Assembly: GCA_037447605.1 (NCBI GenBank) | Contig: CM074804.1 | Coordinates: 4,379,909 to 4,443,908, forward strand | DNA length: 64,000 nt | Reading direction: 5' to 3' | From: Zygnema circumcarinatum SAG 698-1b | Lineage: Eukaryota; Plantae; Zygnematophyceae | In this document: piece by piece, positions 13,444 to 33,030 of the stretch | Numbering within the stretch: the first letter of the stretch is position 1 | How the letters are laid out: every line of letters begins with the position of its first letter | Translations under genes and position numbers: made by a program | The notes under the pieces: model-generated | Told to the model about the DNA's origin: nothing | Seen by the model: the letters and a program-made list of their open reading frames with translations, nothing else | The model's database searches: none

Positions 13444-13519
13444 GCAACCATTGGCGCCGGACCAAAACAACCATTGCGAATGGTCGCAACCATTGGCGCC
13501 GAACCAAAACAACCATTGC
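13444..13519 (+). repeat. Tandem duplication, 42-bp period
   Basis: gcaaccattggcgccg(g/a)accaaaacaaccattgc at 13444-13477 and 13486-13519, one mismatch. Confidence 0.9.
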
Positions 13520-13522
13520 CAT

Positions 13523-14099
13523 GGGCGTGTCAGACTTAAAAAATTCTCGTAATACTAAAAACTCGATATTCGTAACATTTCGAGTCAACGTCAGTAAAAC
13601 TAAAATTCCCGAGCGTAGTTTTTCGCACTCGCGGCGCGGTCCTGTTCGCACTCCGCGATCGCCGTCTTCGCACTTCTCCAAACGCCGTCTTCGCAACTTC
13701 GCCCTCGCGCGGGGCCCTCAGACTTAGAAACAGCGCCGGCGCGGCGCGCGGAGACCGCTTGTCGGTGTTTCGTGTTGCGCGTCACGGGCGGGCGCGGGCG
13801 CGGGCGGGAAGCCGAGAAAACAACCATGACGTCACGTTGACGCGATTTTCGCCAGTATTTTCTTCGCACGTCCATTTCGGCGCCTCTTTTGGGTGCGAAC
13901 AAAATCGTGCGAAGAAATGCAATTTCAGTAAACCCCACGGGTCAATCTTCGCAACGTTGACCCGTTGACTTAGTACAGTTGACTTCCGTTCGGTTCGGTT
14001 TAGGTTCGGGGGCGCGATGATTTTTAGTACTTAGTAACATCGATTCTCGTAATACTAAAAACTCGATATTCGTAACATTTTGTTAAGTCTGACACGCCC
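13523..14099. mobile_element. Non-autonomous DNA transposon (MITE), 577 bp, hAT-like TIRs
   Basis: Perfect 17-bp TIR GGGCGTGTCAGACTTAA (13523-13539) / TTAAGTCTGACACGCCC (14083-14099). Internal perfect 38-bp direct repeat at 13543-13580 and 14043-14080. TSD is ambiguous. Confidence 0.85.
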
Positions 14100-14393
14100 T
14101 ATTGCCGTTGCCGGTCCCATGGTCCTGTGCAGGGCGAGCGCCACTGAAGGTCCAAAAGTTTTGCGCGCCAATTTTTGTACGAAGCTTTCCGAAAAGCGCG
14201 GCGAGGCGAGAGGCGAGAGGCGGGGGAGGCCCGCGCAGGCAGGGCAGGGAGGCAGGGCTCGCGCAAGTTCTGCAGGTTCTGATATCCATTAAGGCGAAGC
14301 CTCCTGGATTCTTAGCGGTGTATTACTGCGCAAAGATAAACAGGAATTGAGAGGAGGGGGCTGTGGTTTTAAGCCAGCTGGAAGGTTGCCACC

Positions 14394-22921
<8,528 letters not shown>

Positions 22922-24031
22922 AAACTCCTGCAGGGTCGAGTTCGTTGGCCTAGTGAAGCGGAACAATGCGAGTGAAGCACGTAGTGCACAAACTGAACTG
23001 AGGTACAGATGCGGACGACGGAGCGGTTGCGGCCGGCTGTTTTGTTTTTGATAGTGGAGCCATCCAGGCGATGTGATTGGGGGCACGATAGAGCTTTTAT
23101 GCGCGATGTTCAGTTTGTAGATTCAATTCCCGCGCTCAAGCAATGCTTAGGAGCTTGTAAAGTAGCTGACGCATGCAACAAGCAGCGAATTGTATTCCAG
23201 CAGAAATCCATAGGCAAGGACAATAAAGGGGCATGCATGCATGACCATAGAGCACTTTCTAAGGGCATTCCATCATTCCATCGAGCAGGTTGCCTTAGGT
23301 ACTTCAATCTCACGCTAATCAGCAACTGTGAAATTCATGAAGCCCGCCGCGTCCTACCATATTGACAAGGTCAAGCCATGCGCCCGTAAGAATAAAAACG
23401 CTAGCAACAACTTCGTAGCAGACATGAAGTGATTAATTTGATTCCTGATTTGGCGCCGAACTCCAACTGAATCTTCTTCTAGTATGTTCATCAGTGTTTG
23501 AATGTTCATCCAATACGGTCCGTTTTCATGTCCGAATTTCTTTTCCAGTTGCGAACCAGACGATGCAGGTTTTTAACAAAACGTGCGAGCCGTGCGCATG
23601 TGGGGCTCCCGCTTGAAGCTGGCGGGGAGCCGGGGAGGCCGGAAGGGGGTCGGCGACAAAAAGAAACCTAAACCTTTCCAGGGTACGGTACGGTACTACT
23701 GTACCGCCATGCGTTGTTTTGGACTTTTTGGTACCAGACTGACGGTAGTAGAGAGAGGAGATCAAAAAAGTAAATATACCGTTTTAATTCTTTTTAAATT
23801 GACCCCTTTTCGAGTTCGAACGAATACGGCCACCAGCCGAGGGCCTTCAGTCAAGTGAAAGGCTGGATCGGCAAGTGCCTGAGCTGCTGACGTTCGCACA
23901 ACGTCACATTTTTTTTTAATACGGCTGAGTGCCCTTCCCATGTGAGAGCGGACCAAATAATTACAACGAGGGTCCAAATGTGACGGGCAGGCGGACGCCG
24001 GAACTGGGAAGAAATTAGGGCTAAGGACCGC

Positions 24032-27000
24032 ATGGCCCAAGGTCGGCATGCAGCAGGGGCGCATGTTTCCGACGCAAGTGGTATGTCGTCTTTCACAGGT
24101 GGCTATGGCGATGGAAACTCTCAGGGTCTCACCCTGCCTCCTCTCTCTCTTTCCCCCTCAGTAGGCGAAGCCGAAAAGAGTGAAGGAGCTATGGCTTATC
24201 AGAGAGGCGGAAATGGAAACAGCCAGCGGGCAGAAGAAGGGAACGAACGACAGCAACAGCAAGGGAGTGCTGCGTCGGTAGAGAGTTCCATGGACTATCT
24301 TGAAGTAGAAGGAGGAAAAATAGGAGAAGAGGAAGAAAGAGAGAGGAGCAGGGATGCAGCAGAAGAGAAGAGAAGAAGGAAGTATCCATGGCTCCAGTGG
24401 ACGATATCGAGGCCAATCGTGGACTTGCTGCATTGGTTGCAGTCACTTGGGAGAGTCTTTGGAACATCATTAGTGATAGTAATTATGCTTGTATATGGAG
24501 TTAATCAAGGATTTGGAGAGGCTTTGCAAGATATATCTACCAATTATTATTGGAAGGATGTTCAACTGTTAGAACCGGGAGTTACACAAACCTACACGGT
24601 TCGTGGTACCGCTGCATGTGAAAATTAGGGTTAGACCTATCAAACTCCAATACCTGCATTTGAATTATGATGCGTGTTTTGCATGAGTCTCGGACTATTG
24701 TACATGCGAAATGGATGACTGAGGTTTGGGAGTGCGAAGATATAGAGAAACTTTTAGAATGTTAACTAGTAATTTCTTGTGAAAGCTTTCCCTTGTCTTA
24801 GCAGTTTCTTATTTGAATATCATGTTTCGTGATTCGTAATAGAAGATAGAAAGACGGACAATGTGGAGAGAGGGAGAATACAGAGAAGAAATAAGAGAGA
24901 GGGACGCTCAATGGAAGAGTGGAAACAAGGAGGGAGGGGGACAGGGACAGAGAGTGTGGAGAAAATAAGGGAAAAGGTCGAAATTTCAAGTGCTCTTCTT
25001 TTGTCGCTTGAAGGAAGCTTTAGCTCTAATTGGAATCTACGGTGATGGGTTGGTGGTCTTGACCTTTTTGATTCAGGCTCTCTCAAACATTCCATGGGAC
25101 TTAAAGCCTATTTACGGTCTCATCACAGATGCGTTTCCAATTTCCGGGTCAGCGAGAATATTTCTCTCGGTTTGTTCCCAATTGAAATTAAAACTTCAAA
25201 GATTGTGCTTTAGAATGTATTGCAAGAATTTTTGGCAACTATTCTAAATCCCTCACAGACCATTGCTTCCACTCCCAATATGTAGGAGCCAAGTCCTTAA
25301 AGAGCCTCCCGTAGCCCTGAATTCCATCGTCAATAACCCCAATAGCCTTTAAACCTTGAGAGCCCTCAAACTCATCGTCTCCCTTTTTAAAACATGTTTT
25401 CTCAAACACGAGGAGTAAACTAAAAAAATGACAAACAGAACAAATGTAGCGTCTTGAACCATCTCAGCTTCAAAAAGACTCACTCCAAAATCTTAAGGCT
25501 CCAGAGACTTCCCTAATATCAAATTTTTACGCCATTATATGTTAATCTTTAGGATCTAAGATTCTTTCGAATCTTCGGAAATGTACGGCTGGTCTATTGA
25601 TGAACCAATCAAGGTTTCCAGAATTTAAGAAACAGTTTTGCTGTTTGGCTGCAGCTACCAGAGGCGCCCCTACCTCGCCATCCTGGCAGTGCTGGGAATG
25701 GTCTCCTGGTGGACCCTGACGGTGCTGCCACCTGGCACGCCCTTATTTGCTACCCTTATCCTCGGTGGCATAGCGCTTGCAACGGCGTTTCCTGATGTTG
25801 TGGTTGACGCTGTGGTAGCACAGCAGACAAGATTGCATCCTTCCTTTGCGGGAGATCTACAGGTTTTCAGTTCATCAAATCCCTAATGGCGATGAAATTT
25901 GTGGTTTCCCAGTATCCAGCTTCTCAAGTTTCAAGTGTTTTGGTGTTTCCAGGGAACTTGGAGTTTCAGCGGGTTAAAGTCCCTTAGAGTTTATAGATGG
26001 AGCTGGGAAGTCTTGCCAGGTCGAGACGACCACAAGTCCATAATGCTTTGGAGAGTAGAACCCTATAGTTCTTGAATCCCTAACAGATTTCGCAATTAAA
26101 CGGCAGAAGGAAACCCTAAAGACGCAGCATTTGTAAGCAGCTCGTCCTTTCCAGAGCCTCTCCTTGAGTTCCACGACACAATGGGGTGATGCATTGAAAC
26201 CCTAAGAGGTGATCCTGTTTTCTCACTGCAGAGTCTCTCCTGGGGATCTATGTCTGTCGGAGGCCTTGTGGGTTATTTCTTGAGTGGACCGACGGTGGAG
26301 GTGGTTGGAACAAAGGGCTCGTTTTGGATCCTCTCTCTCACATTTGGGGCCATTCTATGTGCTGCATTTCTGCTTCCGGAGGAGCGTCTACCGCTGACCA
26401 TGCGGTCTTCACAGATCGCGAATTTACTGAAATCCTTCCGACTTTTCATTGCAACAATTCGCTCACGGACAATATGGCGGCCTGCGCTCTTCATTTACCT
26501 CGCACATGTGAGAGACTGGGGGAAAGTCCGAAGATTTCGAAGTGGTTTTCGGATTTTTTCAGTGTCAGACGCATTTTAAAGTTCCTTTTCAGATTGTTTG
26601 GATATGAGGGCGCATTTCTCCCAGACTGTCCTTTAGTTTGCGCTCACATAAGGCACTTCCTTTCCCTGATATCGCAAAACTTTGCGATCTTTGTTGTGTA
26701 AGTTCATGCAAATCACGCTCGTTTGTGGGCTTGTTCACCTTCTCCTATGCTGCTTGTATTTTTATCTGTTGTGCCCTCAATAATCAGGGAGGCATTTGCC
26801 CAGACATCAGCCAGGCTCTCTTCTTCTGGTACACCGATGAGAGAGCAGGGCCGGGCTTCAAGGAGACCTTCATGGGCTTTGTGTACGCCATGGGCTATGT
26901 GGGGTCGCTGCTTGGAGTGGCGCTATACAATCGCTTCTTCAAGCACACGCCGTATCGTCGAATACTCTTTTGGGCACAGGTGCTCCTCCCCTCTCTCCTT

Positions 27001-27760
27001 CTCCCTCTCCCTCGTCCCCCCTCGCTTTTGCCTCGTGTTCTCTGTCTTTGTCTTTGTCCCTCTCCCTCTTCCCCTCCCCATCCTCGCCCTTCCCCTCCCC
27101 TTGCTTCCCTCGTCCCATTCTCCCTTTCCCTCTTCCCATATCCCTCTTCCTCCTTCCCCTTTTTCCCAACAATCTCAAGTTCCCCCTCTGTACTCCCCTT
27201 CCCGCCCCCGTTCCTCCATTCCCCCGCTCCGTTCTCCTCTCCTTCTCCCACTCCTTCCATTCTCCCCCCTCATTCTTCCCCTTCCTCCCTCTCAGATTCT
27301 TATGTGCGTTGCCGGCCTTTTGGACCTCATCCTCGTCACGAGAACAAACCAAAAACTTGGCATTCCTGATCACGCCTTTGGAATAGGCGACAAGGCCGCC
27401 TCCAACGGTGTGGCGCGCCTTCAGCTCATTCCCATGCTCGTTCTCGCTGCCCGGTTGTGCCCCCCGGGAATAGAAGGGACTCTTTTTGCTTTCCTTATGT
27501 CAGTTTCAAATTTCGGGAGACATACAGCCGAGTGGGAGGGAGCTCTACTGCTACAGAGCGTCGGAGTGACGAGGGAAGACTACTCGGGTCTATGGATTGC
27601 TGTGCTTATAAGGACAGCTATGCGCCTCTCTCCCATTTTCTTTTTGTTTCTTGTGCCGGAAGGGAACTCGGAAACGGACATCGCATTGAAATTGGAGTCA
27701 GAGGAGGGGGTGAGCGTGGAGGACGACGGTGAGAAGCTTTTGGAGGGGGGACGGGGGTGA
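24032..27760 (+). CDS. Folate/biopterin transporter (BT1 family, MFS)
   Basis: [68 protein letters not shown]; stop at 27758-27760. The start is uncertain (24032 or a downstream ATG). Confidence 0.87.
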
Positions 27761-28059
27761 GCTGGACGGGACAAATGGAGAAGGGCAGCTGGGTTGAGGG
27801 CCTCTGAAACTTTCATTAGGCCTGGAAGATTCAACAGTTGTGAAAACAGGGAATCTGGAGTTACAACGTGCGTAGAGAGGATCCCCGATGGGTGCTGCAT
27901 CCTAACGCGATGCACTCTTATGTCTCAATTCAGAACTGTGAACATGGGCGCCTAGAGCTGTTCAATGTTCTTCCTCCACCCATTGGCTCTTCGATGGGCA
28001 GACAATTGATGCAGAGACAGAGATGCAGATAATCTGGCTACGCAGTGTGGCATGGCATG

Positions 28060-29759
28060 TCATTTCCAAACAAGGTTACTGTACAGAGGAAAGAAAGGGT
28101 TCCCTTCTATGCTGTCATTCTGAAGAATGTCCACTAATTGAGTGAGGATGCATGGATCATACAAATCACGGACAGCTTCTGCCCCATTCCACCCTCTGCC
28201 CTTCCCCCTCTGACCCTTCCTTCCTTACTCCACTCTCGTCCTCCCACTTACCCCTCGCTACCCCCTCTTCCTACTTCCTCTCCCTGCCCCTCCCTTTCTC
28301 GACCCTCCCGCTTCCCCAACTCCACCTCCCCTCCCTCCTCTGGCCGCCTTTCACCTGACCTTACCCCCACTTCTCCTTTTCCCACCCTCCCACCTTCTCC
28401 CCCTCTGCCTTCAACCCTCCGCAAAGCATAACCCGCCACGACATCAACCGCCATCACATTCCACGGCCGTTCCCATCCAAAAACATCCAAAAGAACCAGA
28501 ACCTCTGAAGGAAGGGGCCCCAACAGGAAAGCCCCTCATCGCCCTCGTTTTCCCCACCCCCCCTCCTCCCCTTTCCCAAAAAGGAGCCCAACAACAAACC
28601 ATGGCTGATCGAACCTCAGAATTTCCTTTAAAGGAACAAAGATGTCTAAACTGATTTGAGTTGTGCCATGCATAAGGGGCCACCAGGCCGTGATGTGATT
28701 CTTGTGACGGCGCCTAAAGTCTGACAGGCAGGACAGACTGCGTTGCGCTACGAGGCCAAGCTCTAAGACTGCCACGTGGCATCGTAGAGCCGCAGTATCC
28801 CCGAAAAGCATCGCTGGCGTGTGCGCTGACGTCATATCAGACCTTCTGCTCGCATCCACGCTGATGTCAGCTGGAGAAATGCTGCCAAACCTGTGAAAGC
28901 AAGCATATGCGGGAGCAGATGGCGTCAAAATTGACGGTGAATGTTAGAGCGAGCGGGGGGCAAAGGGAAGGGGGGGAGGAGGGACCGGAGGGGGGTGGGG
29001 AAGGGGGGGGGCGGGAGGGAGGGAAGAAGGATGGAGCGGGGAGAAGGGGGGTGGGAGAGGGGAAGAGGAGGGGAAGCGAGTGGGAGGGGGAGGATGGGGA
29101 TGGGGAGGGGGACGACGGAGGGGGGGAGGGGGAAAGTCTGCGAGGAGATGGAGGGAAAGAAAGGGGAAGAGCGATGATGCGAGAATAGGGAGTGGATTAG
29201 CAGTAATACGTGAGGTGATGACGATGGTGAAATGGGTCTAGAGAAACTGAAAGAGAAGACAGACGAACTAACAAAACAAAAAAACTGCTTGAAATATTCG
29301 GAAACAAAGATTTTTACCAGCCCTTTACCTTCTTGCAATAGAGATTTGCTCCCGGCAGCGCTGACGGAGGGGATGTGCAGACGGTCTAAAATGCGCAGCG
29401 GTGCCGCATGCCAGTGATGCTTTACGGCAAATTAAAGAATGAATTAACTTTTGACGGTTCTCAAATGAATCTGCATGCGTCGGGGACAGCGTAAATCAAG
29501 CCGGCAGGCAAGAGTCAATACAAGTCAATTGAGTCAGTACAAGTCGAGGTAGTCGAATACAGTTGAAGGGAAAGATTGCAAGTCAATGCAGTAGAAAGGT
29601 CACGTGAGTCAAACCTAATGGTACGTCTCAAATGAGTCCTTAATAGTCAAGGGAGCCAATACAAGTCAAGTCAAGTCAAGTGCGGTGGGGCGGCACCTGG
29701 TGAGCCCTTATGCCGGCGAGCGAAGCGAGGGTGGCGAAGAGACCCCCTTGTCGGTGCAT
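28060..29759 (-). CDS. Possible uncharacterised spliced coding segments (connectivity unresolved)
   Basis: Splice-bounded islands at 29697-29759, 29329-29385, 28890 down to about 28600, 28433-28504 and 28060-28178. The last two join in frame as VLVLLDVFGWERPWNVMAVDVVA-EAVRDLYDPCILTQLVDILQ...WK*. No family recognised. Confidence 0.3.
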
Positions 29760-30149
29760 GGGTTGATGAAAGGAGAAAAGAAAATAAGGGAAAAGAGAAT
29801 TGAAAAAAGGAAAAATGGGAAAGTCTCTCCGCAGTCTCTCCGTGGATTCCATGAAGATAAAAAAAAAAAAAAAAAAAAAATGAATGAAAGTGAATGAAAT
29901 GGTTGAATGATTGGAGTTCCGCTGTTTGCAGGCGTCCCGGGCGCGTCTCTCCTGCAACCCCCGAAACAAAACCTCCTTCGTTTTTAGAATCTTTCGACCG
30001 ACGGCGATCAATGGTGAGGGCGCGTCCTCGATTTATTTATAAATAAATGAGGAAAAAATAAGTTAAGACTGTGGCTGGACCTGCAACTGTTCTCGTTGCC
30101 GCATAGGAATAACTCTTAAAAATAATAATAAAAAATAAATATAAAAAAA

Positions 30150-31500
30150 GCTCTCAACAAACCACGGGCCGAACTTTGCGAACCGCGCTTTGTCGAGCTG
30201 TTGTTTGCAGTAATGCTAACGGAACGGCCAACAGCCGTCATAGATCGGCCCCGCCGGCCGGCAGGCCTGGCCGCTGAAAATAACGGGGACATGGAAAGGG
30301 ACAGCTCGCCAATTTTTTTTTTTTGCGCCTCGCCGACATTCGGACGCAAAACAAAAACATTTCACGAAAAAAAACGAAAAACGGGCAGCGCCAAAACAAA
30401 TCCGATGCGAAACAAACCGTCGAAAACTGAGTTCCCAACCCGCGCAGTGAAAACCGCGTCCGCTCTCGGCCAATGGGAGGCCTCCACAGACGGACCCGCT
30501 GCGAGGCGGACGTCCGTACAGAAACGGCATACGAACATCCCGACGTGGCACAACCTCAATGGCGGAGCGAGAGCCGACGAACGTGTCCAGCTCAAGGCCG
30601 ACCATTGGCCGTACGCTAATCATGGCTCCGGCATACGACAAATTCCGGCCCGGGATTCACGGGGCGCTTTGGACGCAAGCCGACAGGCGTGGCAGGCCGT
30701 CCGCGTTTCTGGGGACGGGTAGGATAAAACGACAAAATAGGCCAGTGGCCGAACTCGTACGTGTGCCGACCAGTCAGCAGTGCCAGGTGGCGGCAACAGC
30801 GGCCCTCGTCCGGGCAGCGCGCACTGTTCAGTGGTCGGCGCTGACGGCGCTATCCGTACGGGCCGGGTCCGGTCCGGGCCGCACAGTGACTTCCCACGTC
30901 AGCATCACTGTCGGGCGGCACTCCCCCCCGAGGCCGCCCGCCACGTGGCAGTGTCCACGTCACTCTCCGGCGCGCACTCGCCCGGGCCGCCCCACATGGC
31001 GGCCCTCGCGGTCGAGGCCTTACAGCCGTACGAACGTACGGCCGGACGGCCTCGCCGGCTGGACCTCGCCCAAAGCTTTCGCCCGGCTCCACCGACCGCC
31101 GCCGCGGGCCATCCACATTTCTGGGCCTCCATTGGCCGCGCGTTTTCCGGAACCGGCCGACAAATTTTCAGAGAGCGCCCCGCGATCTACTCCGTACGAT
31201 CGTACCACCCGCGAAGCGTCCGCAGCGCGGCCAGCGCGGCGCCGCCCGCCGGTCAGCGGCCGTGTCGGTGCGCTAGACGACGACGGAGTAACGCCACGTG
31301 TCAAACGTGTCAGAGGCGGATCCCGACAGCGACTGCCGTACAATACCGTACGGCCGCGCGGGAGTCAACTGGTGACGGCCGTAGGCCTCACGCCGAGCCG
31401 CGCGACGGCTCTGCGCGCCACGTGGCCTAGCAAGCTAGGACGCACCGACCTACGGCCCGACGGGCAACCCGACCCTCCATGGCTGGCCCGCGCCATTCCT
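30150..31500. promoter_or_regulatory. CpG-rich, probably non-coding island with CGTAC, G-box and CCAAT motifs
   Basis: Very high CpG density; 10 CGTAC at 30515-31351; GCCACGTGGC at 30940 and 31417; several CCAAT/ATTGG. Confidence 0.45.
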
Positions 31501-31602
31501 CGCCAACCCGTTACAAAACAATAAGATATAACATTAACACTAACAATGAACAACTCGGCACAGGGAGGGAGCAAGGCGCACCCACCTGGAGGAGGCGATC
31601 AA

Positions 31603-33030
31603 TCAGAGGAATTTGTTCGCCAGGAACGCGGCCAGGTCCGCCCCCCCCTCGCCCTCGCCCTCTCCCTCCCCCCCCTCCTCGCGCTTCACGCGGGGGGGGG
31701 GCGCGTGGCCCTCTCCCGACTCGCCTCTCCTTTCGGCGCTGCCCTTACTCTCTCCCCCTCCCCCTCCTCCCTCTCCCCCCCCCACCTCCAAAAAGCTTCT
31801 GCTCTGGCTCGGTTCCCCTATCACCACCCCTCTCTCTCTCTCTCTCCCTCTCCCTCTCCCTCCCGCGAGCATTCCTCCCTCCTCTCCGCCTCCCTGCAAC
31901 CCCAGCCACTCCGCCCCTGGAAGCCCGCCCCGCAAGTACGGCGCCTCTGTTGACAAGGTCACATTTGGAACCCCCAATTTCACGTTTAAATTCGGAATAA
32001 AACTCGGACTAACATTGAAACCCTGGTCGAGGTTCGGACTGAGCCTGGGGTCCAAGCCGGCAGGGTTCAGGCTCGGACTGGGCGTGCGGCCCTCCCTCTC
32101 CATGGAGGCCTCCGCCCTCTTCTTCTTCGCGTACCGTGCCTGCCGCACCCTCCCTTGCAGTCTCCGCCGTAAAATTCTCGGATCCGTTTGAGCGCGTAAA
32201 TCCACTCTGTTCGGGTGCCTCAAAAGGTCCGGGTCCTCCGCCGGATTATAATTCAAACCCCGCGAGGGGTCTCTCACCCTCTCTCTCTCTCTCCTTCCCC
32301 TCCCCTCCGCCTTCACAACAAGCCCCGTCCCTCCCCCCCCCGCCCTCAAAGCCACCGCCCGCGAAGAGACTTCCCTGGGACCTCCTTTCTGCGCAGCTTC
32401 AGACGTGCCTTCCAGGAAGCTTCCTCCCCCCCCCCCCGCCTTCCCCGGGTGGAGAGACGACGGCGTGGGCGGAATAAAGCAGTCGCCGACCCCTCCCCCC
32501 GCCGCCGTTCCATGCTGGAAACTCGCCGTAGAACTGGGCGCGAGCGTGAGCCACGCGGGCAGCGTCTCCCTGTGCGATCTATGTTGCCGTTTGGCGGAAC
32601 GGTGAGAGGAGCTCGAGGTGCCCTCCTCGCTGCCCTCCTCCTCTCTCTCCCTCTCCTCCTCCCCCTCCCCCTCCCCCTCCCCCTCCTCCTCTTCTTCCTC
32701 CTCCCCCTCCTCCTCAGCCGTCGTCTCCCTCTCCTGCCTTCCCGGGCTGCCCGCCAACCCGCTCGCAGGGCGGATCGATCTTCCAAAAATTCGCGGCTCC
32801 GCGGTGGTGGAGCTGGCGGCGGGCTCGCCCTCTCGGCTGGCGGACCGGACGCGAGGAAGGAGGGAGGGGTCCGGAACCTTCTGGAACCTTCTGGAGACCT
32901 TCTGGAAGGTTCCGGAAGGATCCGGGAGGGGGCGGGGGTCGGGAGGGAGCCAGGGAGGGGGGGACTGCGAGAGGGACCGCTGCCGGTCCTCCCGCCCCGA
33001 GGAGCCGCCTGAAGGAGGGCCTTCTTGCAT
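31603..33030 (-). CDS. Hypothetical 475-aa low-complexity protein with acidic tract and bZIP-like basic helix
   Basis: ATG follows the acceptor ccccgcag of a pyrimidine-rich intron. E-rich tract and DPRILRRRLQGRVRQARYAKKKRAE at 32110-32184. No leucine zipper. Confidence 0.55.
   Translation of the reverse strand: MQEGPPSGGSSGREDRQRSLSQSPPPWLPPDPRPLPDPSGTFQKVSRRFQKVPDPSLLPRVRSASREGEPAASSTTAEPRIFGRSIRPASGLAGSPGRQERETTAEEEGEEEEEEEGEGEGEGEEEREREEEGSEEGTSSSSHRSAKRQHRSHRETLPAWLTLAPSSTASFQHGTAAGGGVGDCFIPPTPSSLHPGKAGGGGGSFLEGTSEAAQKGGPREVSSRAVALRAGGGGTGLVVKAEGRGRRERERVRDPSRGLNYNPAEDPDLLRHPNRVDLRAQTDPRILRRRLQGRVRQARYAKKKRAEASMEREGRTPSPSLNPAGLDPRLSPNLDQGFNVSPSFIPNLNVKLGVPNVTLSTEAPYLRGGLPGAEWLGLQGGGEEGGMLAGGRGRGRERERGVVIGEPSQSRSFLEVGGGEGGGGGGESKGSAERRGESGEGHAPPPRVKREEGGEGEGEGEGGADLAAFLANKFL

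Noticed and set aside
12917-13727. Overlapping 150-260-aa ORFs
   Set aside because: Stop-poor GC-rich and repeat DNA with no recognisable motifs.
30559-31524. 321-aa plus-strand ORF
   Set aside because: It lies in a very GC-rich island where several frames are open and has no family motif. Not excluded, but unsupported.
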